Assembly (NCBI GenBank): GCA_951406725.2
Contig: OX597826.1
Location: 81,530,001 to 81,594,000, forward strand
DNA: 64,000 bases
Origin: Octopus vulgaris
Taxonomy: Eukaryota
Reading direction: 5' to 3'
A model generated the notes under the pieces. The model was not told where the DNA came from. It saw only the letters and a program-made list of their open reading frames with translations, and ran no database searches. The position numbers and the translations under genes were made by a program. Positions 54,733 through 64,000 of the stretch are shown here, one piece after another. Position 1 is the first letter of the stretch. The number at the start of each line of letters is the position of its first letter.

Positions 54733-55200
54733 TAAATACAAAATGGGACAAGAACGCAAAACATCCAGATAGACGATACAAAAATCACAGCCATTAATCT
54801 TCAGTCAAGAACCAGATCATCCTCGCAATTTCGGCTGATTAATCTTGAGATTGCTCCAATCTGGCCAGCCCCAAGGAAAAACTAAGCTAAGAGTATTAGT
54901 TTCCTTGGAAAAAAGCATCGAATGTTTACGAAACAAGGACGGAAAAACGGACGATGTTACACGAATATAAATACAAAAATAATAATAATAATAATAAAAA
55001 CAATACTTCCAAGGAATCTAATGCTCTTAGCTTAGTTTTTCCTTGGGGCTGGCCAGATTAGAGCAATCTCAAGATTAACCAGCCGAAATTGCGAGGATGA
55101 TCCGGTTCTTGACTGAAGATTAATGGCTTCGAATGACCCGTCCGTGTTTTTTGTATTGTCTATCTGGATGTTTTGCGTTCTTGTCTCATTTTGTATTTTA
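54733..55200. repeat. Long inverted repeat (~180-bp arms, ~95-bp spacer) flanked by (TA)n, Penelope pLTR-like
   Basis: 54733-54910 is the reverse complement of about 55006-55198, with few mismatches and one indel. Confidence 0.9.
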
Positions 55201-55229
55201 TATATATATATATATATATAGCGGCGTAC

Positions 55230-56135
55230 GTACACTTTGTTCTACACGACACGAGCGTAGCCAAAAATAATTGGAAACTTCTCTGTGAGGAAAACCCGCT
55301 GTAGTTCAGGCTTCCACAGTGAGAAGCCACTTGATGCGATCCTTAGGCATCAGTTTGCCAATCGGCGTTGTCGTGTGGTGAAGTCGTTCTGCCACGCGAT
55401 GCGTTTTTGTTTTGCAGTGCTTCTCCCACTGTTTGTCGATTTTTGCGATGGCTGAAGGAACTGCGTGTTTCCGTGAAATTACGTTTTCTGCTGGGAAAAA
55501 ACGGCGGCCCAAGCAGTCGTCGTGCTTCAGATAGCTTACAAGAACGCTGCATTGAGCAAAACACAAGTTTACGAGTGATTTCCACGCTTTAAGAATGGTC
55601 ACTTTTCGCTTGAGGACAACCGTCGATCTCCCGAACGAATGAAAGCATTGTGAAAATTCATGAACTGATCTTGGAGGACCGTCACCCAACAATTGACGAA
55701 CTTGTTGATATGACTGCTGTGTCCTGGAGTTTCTGCCAACGAATTTTGAGCGAGGGATTGCGAAAAGATTTGCAATAAAATTTGTACCTCGCTTGCTCAC
55801 AGAAGATCAAAAGCAGTCACGACTGAATGCGTGCCGTGAACTGAAAGAACAGTTGGAAGTTGATCCGGACCTCTTTTCGAAAGTCCTCACTTGTGATGAA
55901 AACTAGTGCTACAGAATTTGCAGATGTGGAAGAGGTGAAGAAAAAAGCGACGGAGGCGTTAAAAGGCATCACTTCGCAAGAATTCTAGCAAAGTATCGAG
56001 TAGTGGAAAACGTGACTGGAGTGATGCATTGTTCAGATGGAGAATAATTTGAAGGCGATTAAAATGTAAACCTATAAAACTAAGTGAATAAAATAATATT
56101 GCAAAATTCTAGTTCCTTTTGGGTACACACTCGTA
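55230..56135 (+). mobile_element. Internally deleted mariner (Mos1-like) transposon remnant
   Basis: KELRVSVKLRFLLGKTAAQ..LSKTQVYE*F, KFVPRLLTEDQK, KVLTCDE, then a jump to FADVEEVKK...GE*FEGD; end ..gggtacacactcgta. Confidence 0.85.
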
Positions 56136-56254
56136 TCTGTTTTTATGTTATATATTACTCATTAATGAGTATTTATATCTCACCAGGTGGAGAACTTTTT
56201 TGTTGATCTTACTATCAGAGAGCAATACACTGTGTATATATATATAAAAATTGA

Positions 56255-56332
56255 AAGTAACACCATCACCGCTGATATACATTATAAACACGCAGACACG
56301 CATCAAAGCCTGAACTTTAAATCGTGCCATTT
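56255..56332 (+). mobile_element. Penelope-like element RT (thumb) fragment
   Basis: IKIESNTITADIHYKHADTHQSLNFKSCH matches the Penelope pattern TDIYYKPTDTHQYLxFxSCHP. Confidence 0.7.
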
Positions 56333-56345
56333 AACATACGAAACG

Positions 56346-56385
<40 letters not shown>

Positions 56386-56510
56386 CACATACATATAGAG
56401 ATATATAAATTTATATACATACACAGATATATATACACACACACAGATATACACAGATCTATCTATATATATATATAAGGCTGTGTAGATTTTAGAACAT
56501 TTATAAATAG

Positions 56511-56558
56511 GTCTTACAGCTGTTTCTAGGATATTTATAATATCCTTTCATCGGAGAC
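56511..56558 (-). ncRNA. Minimal type I hammerhead-like motif, representative of the array
   Basis: GTCT-CCGATGA-aAGGATAT-tataa-ATATCCTa-GAAA-CAGCTG-TA-AGAC. The copy at about 57500-57547 has the canonical CTGATGA. Confidence 0.65.
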
Positions 56559-57176
56559 GGTGTGAGATTTTAAAAAAATGTAAAAAAGAGGAAAGAACGA
56601 GAAGAGAGGAATAAAGAAAAGAAAGAGAAGAAAGAAAACAGAGGCAACGAAAATTTTAGGAAAATAAAAATAAGAAATAAGTCGAAAGTTTTACCGGTGA
56701 GTGTGTTAAATTATAAGGCACAAAAAGAAAATGACACTCTCCAGACACCGCAGAATGTATGTATATTTATATATATATATATATATACACACACACATAC
56801 AGATATATATATATAAATATATAGAGATATATAAAAATATATATGTACATACATACAGGTAAATATATATATATAATTTTTTCGTAATGAGAGAAAAAAC
56901 CAAGGCTGTGTAGATTTTAGAACATTTATAAATAGGTCTTTCGGCTGTTTCTAGGATATTTATTATATCCCTTCATCGGAGACGGTGAGAGAAGGTTTTT
57001 AAAAAATGTAAAAAAGAGGAAAGAACGAGAAGAGAAGAATAAAGAAAAGAAAGAAAACAAAGGCAAAAAATTTTTTAGAAAAGTAAAAATAAGAAATAAG
57101 TCGAAAGTTTTACCGGTGAGTGTGTTAAATTATAAGGCACAAAAAGAAAATGACACTCTCCAGACACCGCAGAATG

Positions 57177-57264
<88 letters not shown>

Positions 57265-57361
57265 CAGATATAAATATATATATAAACGTATACATACATA
57301 CAGATATATATCAATTTATACATACTTGCATATATATATATAAATATATATATACATACAG

Positions 57362-57394
<33 letters not shown>

Positions 57395-58375
57395 AATATA
57401 TGTACATACATACATCTATATATATATATATACATATACTTTTTTTGTAATGAGATAAAAAAATCAATGCTGTATAGATTTTAGAACATTTAAAAATAGA
57501 TCTTACGGCTGTTTCTAGGATATTTATTATATCTCTTCATCAGAGAAGGTGTGAGATTTTTAAAAATATAAGAAAATAAAAATGAAAAAGAGGAAAGAAC
57601 GAGAAAAGAGGAATAAAGAAGAGAAAGAGAGAAAAGAAAGAAAACAGAGGCAAAGAAAATTTTAGGGAAATGAAAATAAGGAATAAGTCGAAAGTTTTAC
57701 CGGTGAGTGTGTTAAATTATAAGGCACAAAAAAATGACTCTCCCCAGACACAACGAATGTACAGACATATATATATAAATTAATAATAATAATAATATAT
57801 TTATAGTATTTATTTGTTACTATATAACTACGAATCGATTACTTCTTTAAGTACTTTAAAGATAAGATTTTTGAAAGTTATTATTTAGCAAAAGAGATAA
57901 AGATAGTTAATTTACTATAGCGTTTGTTTAAGATGGTTTGTTTGTATTTTTGAAATTAGCTATTTCATATTTAAATATGAAAAATTAATTTATTAGGTCT
58001 TTATTATATGTGCATATATATTTATTTATAGAGATTATTTAGTTCTTAATTATATATTTATATACATTTATATATTTTCATTGAATAATATGAATAATCT
58101 TTTTTTTTGTTTTTGTAAAATATTTATGTAATTAGATATTGACTATTACTAATATTATATTATTGGTGGCTTTCTTACCTTAAAAATTAATACTTAAAAA
58201 TTAAAATTAATATTTAACAATATAATCGTTGTTTTGACATAATCATAATCGTTAAGTTTCTAGTTTGATAATAGTTTTTTTATAAGAAAATTTATTTTAT
58301 TATTTTATTATATTATTTATTTCTTAAAAAATATTGTTTAAATATTTTTGATTATTTATTAAAATATTACAATTA

Positions 58376-58476
58376 ACCTGAAGATTGACTGTAACCATAA
58401 CTCGAATTATTAATTGAATTCTGTTATTGAAATTATTGTTATTCGAATTGGTTACGGGCATGAAACGATCGTAGTG
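58376..58476 (+). ncRNA. Hammerhead-like motif with an extended stem II
   Basis: CTGAAGA (58378), t-TGACTGTAACCA...TGGTTACGGGCA-t, GAAA (58462), palindrome CGATCG, TA; stem I is weak. Confidence 0.5.
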
Positions 58477-58889
58477 TTTTTACTCTTTATCTTATTAAAC
58501 TTGTAATACTTTTTGATAGTTTATAAAAAAATAAATAAATAAATATAAAACTATAAAATATTAAAAAAAAAAATACATAAAAAATAAATAAATAATTAAA
58601 TAAATTAATAAAAATATATATATTTTTATTATTTTATTTAATTATTTATTAATTATTTATTAAATTATTTAATTTATAAGTTTAATTTATTAATTTAAAT
58701 AATTAAAAAAAAACTTTAACTTTAATTTAAATATTTTAATTGGATTTTTATATTTTATATTTTATATCTTTTATATATTTTTTAATTAATTTTATTTCTA
58801 TGTATTAGCTTATGAATTTCACTGTTTGACTTGCCTAATAGTGGTTTTATCTCTAATTTAATATAATATATATCTTATTTTCTTATTTT

Positions 58890-59170
58890 ATTTTATCTAG
58901 TTTCAGCTCACGAGCTGTGGCAATGCTGGGGCACCGCCATTTGGTGTTGCTACATGATTTTACTTCACGAATGCTTTTTAGCCACTGCCATTTGGTGCAT
59001 GAGAGAGTTCGATGCAGCTGCCCTCATCTGCACCTCCTGCCGTGAAGTTGGTTCATCCGGGACACCTGACAGAAAGAGATCCAGTCCTACTTTAAAGACA
59101 TCCGCATCCACCCCATGCAGGTCCGTCAGGTTCTTCGGGAGGATATTGAAGAGCTGTGGGCCTCTGAAGC

Positions 59171-59172
<2 letters not shown>
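58890..59172 (-). mobile_element. 3' end of a CR1/L2-like LINE (ORF2 C terminus and tail)
   Basis: [45 protein letters not shown]; tail ggcggtgccccagcattgccacagc..gctgaaactagataaaataaaa. Confidence 0.8.
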
Positions 59173-59208
<36 letters not shown>

Positions 59209-59246
59209 AACAGATCTATATCTATATATATACACACACAAACAGA

Positions 59247-59307
<61 letters not shown>

Positions 59308-59367
59308 CACAGATCTATATCTATATCTACACACACAAACAGATCTCTCTCTCTATATATATAGAGA

Positions 59368-59698
59368 GGACCCCCTTCGGTCATGAATTACCATGGGATT
59401 GCACCTAGAAAGTTACCCTCCTAGACACAAGTCCGGGCAAGGTTGTTTATGGAAGACCAGCAGTCGCCCATGCATACCAGCCTCCCCTCTCCACGCCACC
59501 AGTGTTATCCAAGGGAAAGACAAAGGTCGATACAGCTTGGCACCAGTGACGTCGCAACTCATTTCTACAGCTGAGTGAACTGGAGCAACGTGAAATAAAG
59601 TGCCTTGCTCAAGAACACAACACGCAGCCCGGTCCGGGATTCGAGCTCACAACCTCACGATCGTAAGCCCGACGCTCTAACCACTGAGCCATGCGCCA
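59368..59698 (-). mobile_element. tRNA-derived SINE
   Basis: Head tggcgcatggctcagtggttagagcgtcgggcttacgatcgtgaggttgtgagctcgaatcccgg, then tgtgttcttgagcaaggcactttatttcacgttgctccagttcactcagctg. Confidence 0.85.
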
Positions 59699-59999
59699 TA
59701 TCTATATCTATATATATACACACAAACAGATCTCTATATATATATATACACACACACACAGATATACATATATACACAAATACATACATACATATATACA
59801 CAGATACATACATATATATATATATATATACAGATACATATATATATATATACAGATACATACATACATATATACACAGATACATACATACATATATACA
59901 CAGATACATACATACATATATACACAGATACATACATACATATATACACAGATACATACATACATATATACACAGATACATACATACATATATACACAG

Positions 60000-60038
<39 letters not shown>

Positions 60039-60400
60039 TATATATAAATTTATATATACACACTTATATATATAATTTTTTTTCGTAAGGAGATGAAAAA
60101 CCAAGGGTGTGTGAATTTTAGAACATTTATAAATAGTTCTTACGGCTGTTTCTAGGATATTTTTTTATCCCTTCAACGGAGAAGGTGTGGGATTTATAAA
60201 AATATAAGAAAATAAAAATGGAAAAAGAGGAAAGAACGAGAAAAGAGGAAGTGAGAAGAGAAAGAGAGAAAAGAAAGAAAACAGAGGCAAAGAAAATTTT
60301 AGGAAAATGAAAATAAGGAATAAGTCGAAAGTTTTACCGGTGAGTTTGTTAAATTATAAGGCGCAAAAAAAATGACTCTCCCCAGACACAACGAATGTAC

Positions 60401-60443
<43 letters not shown>

Positions 60444-60896
60444 GATCTATATCTGTATATATATACACACTCACAGATCTATATATACACACACAGATAT
60501 ACATATATACACAGATACATACATATAAATATATATATATATTTATATATATATAGAGAGATATTTATATATACACACTTATATATATAATTTTTTTCGT
60601 AATGAGATGAAAAATCAAGGGTGTGTAGATTTTAGAACATTTATAAATAGGTCTTACAGCTGTTTCTAGGATATTTATCATATCCTTTCATCGGAGACGG
60701 TGTGAGAAGGTTATAAAAAATGTAAAAAAAGTGGAAAGAACGAGAAGAGAAGAATAAAGAAAAGAAAAACAGAAAAGAAAGAAAATCGGGGCAAAGAAAA
60801 TTTTAGGAAAATAAAAAGAAATAAGTCGAAAGTTTTACCGGTGAGTGTGTTAAATTATAAGGCACAAAAAGAAAATGACTCTCCCCAGACACCGCA

Positions 60897-60937
<41 letters not shown>

Positions 60938-61087
60938 CAGATATATATATATATAAAGGTAATACATACATACAAATATATATCAATTTATATATACATG
61001 CATATATATATAAATATATATATACATACAGATATATATATATAAACATACAGAGATATATAGAAATATATATGTACATACATACAG

Positions 61088-61137
<50 letters not shown>

Positions 61138-61570
61138 TTTCGTAAGGAGATAAAACAATCAAGAATGTGTAGATTTTAGAACATTTATAAATAGTTCTTA
61201 CGGCTGCTTCTAGGATATTTTTTTATTCCTTCATCGGAGAAGTTGTCAGATTTTAAAAAATATAAAAAATAAAAATGAAAAAGATAAAAGAAAGAGAAAA
61301 GAGGAATAAAGAAGAGAAAGAGAAAAAAGAAAGAAAACACAGGCAAAGAAAATTTTAGGAAAATGAAAATAAAGAATAAGTCGAAATTTTACTGGTGAGT
61401 GTGTTAAATTATAAGGCACAAAAAAATGACTCTCCCCAGACACAACGAATGTGCAGAAAAAAAAATATATATATATACACATATCTCTTTCTTTCTCTCT
61501 CTCTCTTTCTCTCTATATATATATACACACACACAGATATACATATATACAAAGATACATATACACACAG

Positions 61571-61617
<47 letters not shown>

Positions 61618-61681
61618 AATATATATAAATTAATATATACGCACTTATATATATATATTTTTTCGTAATGAGATGAAAAAC

Positions 61682-61755
<74 letters not shown>

Positions 61756-62768
61756 TATATATAAATTTATATATACACACTTATATATATAATTTTTTTC
61801 GTAAGGAGATGAAAAACCAAGGCTGTGTAAATTTTAGAACATTTATAAATAGTTCTTACGGTTGTTTCTAGGATATTTTTTCATCCCTTCAACGGAGAAG
61901 GTGTGAGATTTTTAAAAATATAAGAAAATAAAAATGGAAAAAGAGGAAAGAACGAGAAAAGAGGAAGTGAGAAGAGAAAGAGAGAAAAGAAAGAAAACAG
62001 AGGCAAAGAAAATTTTAGGAAAATGAAAATAAGGATTAAGTCGAACGTTTTACCGGTGAGTGTGTTAAATTATAAGGCGCAAAAAAATGACTCTCCCCAG
62101 ACACAACGAATGTACAGATATATATATATACACACAGATCTATATCTGTATATATATATACACACACACAGATCTATATATACACACACATATATACATA
62201 TATACACAGATACATACATATAAATATATATATATATTTATAGAGAGAGAGAGATATTTATATATACACACTTATATATATAATTTTTTTCGTAATGAGA
62301 TGAAAAATCAAGGGTGTGTAGATTTTAGAACATTTATAAATAGGTCTTACAGCTGTTTCTAGGATATTTATCATATCCTTTCATCGGAGACGGTGTGAGA
62401 AGGTTATAAAAAAAGGAAAAAAAGAGGAAAGAACGAGAAGAGAAGAATAAAGAAAAGAAAAACAGAAAAGAAATAAAATCGGGGCAAAGAAAATTTTAGG
62501 AAAATAAAAAGAAATAAGTCGAAAGTTTTACCGGTGAGTGTGTTAAATTATAAGGCACAAAAAGAAATGACTCTCCCAAGACACTGCAGAATATATATAT
62601 ATATATACGCGCACATACAGATATATATATATATATAAACGTATACATACATACAAATATATATCAATTTATATATACATGCATATATATATAAATATAT
62701 ATATACATACAGATATATATATATAAACATACAGAGATATATAGAAATATATATGTACATGCATACAG

Positions 62769-62820
<52 letters not shown>

Positions 62821-63118
62821 TTTCGTAAGGAGATAAAACAATCAAGGCTGTGTAGATTTTAGAACATTTATAAATAGTTCTTACGGCTGTTTCTAGGATA
62901 TTTTTTTATTCCTTCATCGGAGAAGTTGTGAGATTTTAAAAAATATAAAAAATAAAAATGAAAAAGAGAAAAGAAAGAGAAAAGAGGAATAAAGAAGAGA
63001 AAGAGAAAAAAGAAAGAAAACAGAGGCATGAAAATAAAGAATAAGTCGAAATTTTACTGGTGAGTGTGTTAAATTATAAGGCACAAAAAGAAAATGACAC
63101 TCCCCAGACACCGCAGAA

Positions 63119-63119
<1 letters not shown>

Positions 63120-63160
<41 letters not shown>

Positions 63161-64000
63161 TACAGATATATATATATACATGCAGATATAAATATATATA
63201 TATAAACGTATACATACAGATATATATCAATTTATACATACATACAGATATATATAAATATATATATATACATGCATATATATATAAATATATATATATA
63301 CGTGCATATATATATAAATATATATATATACGTGCATATATATATAAATATATATATATACGTGCATATATATATAAATATATATATATACATGCATATA
63401 TATATAAATATATATATATACATGCATATATATATAAATATATATATATACATGCATATATATATAATTATATATATATACATGCATATATATATAAATA
63501 TATATATACATGCATATATATATAAAATATATATATATACATGCATATATATATAATTATATATATATACATACATATATATATAAAATATATATATACA
63601 TACATATATATATATAAATATATATATATACATACATATATATATAAATATATATATATACATACATATATATATATAATATATATATATATACATATAT
63701 ATATAAATATATATATATACATATTTATATAAATATATATACATATATATATACATATTTATATAAATATATATACATATATATATAAATATATATACAT
63801 ATATATATAATATATATATATATACATATATATATAAATATATATATATACATATATATATAAATATATATATATATACACATATATATAAATATATATA
63901 TATACATATATATATAAATATATATATATACACATATATATATATATATATATATATAATAAATATATAAATATATATATATACATATATATATAAATAT
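63120..64000. repeat. Long (TA)n-derived satellite including a ~30-bp unit (catgcatatatatataaatatatatatata)
   Basis: Direct reading. Confidence 0.95.

Larger units (their letters stand above)
56478..63120 (-). repeat. Tandem array of nine Penelope-pLTR/retrozyme-like units (~270-bp core plus variable microsatellite spacer), each with a hammerhead-like motif
   Basis: Cores start near 56484, 56910, 57475, 60110, 60625, 61170, 61826, 62320 and 62852; interrupted at about 57780-59700. Confidence 0.9.

Noticed and set aside
59630-59698. tRNA gene (also heads near 11263, 22768, 30060-30132 and 34113)
   Set aside because: These tRNA-like heads continue into shared SINE bodies, with no complete cloverleaf or terminator.
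56478-63120. Repeat-spacer array read as CRISPR-like
   Set aside because: The repeats are ~270 bp and the 'spacers' are related microsatellites; a Penelope pLTR/retrozyme array explains it better.

Overview
This is AT-rich, microsatellite-dense eukaryotic DNA, not prokaryotic. The SINE/LINE content resembles an octopus (cephalopod) genome; that assignment is an inference. Almost all ORFs in the supplied track are translations of (TA)n/(CA)n/(TAA)n repeats. One real gene segment is supported: the last two coding exons of a minus-strand single-pass membrane protein with a CUB domain (53878-53726 and 52299-52073). The rest is decayed mobile DNA: R4/Dong-like, HERO-like, RTE and CR1/L2-like LINE fragments, Tc1/mariner remnants, several tRNA-derived SINE families, a Helentron-type non-autonomous element and minisatellites. 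The most notable observation is a set of minimal type I hammerhead-ribozyme-like motifs of the Penelope/retrozyme kind. Nine sit in a tandem array (about 56.5-63.1 kb) that has a three-unit higher-order repeat, lies next to a Penelope RT fragment and is probably in an intron of the CUB gene. At least five more, from sequence-distinct families, are dispersed, some inside inverted repeats. All calls were made by eye without searches, and repeat boundaries are approximate.
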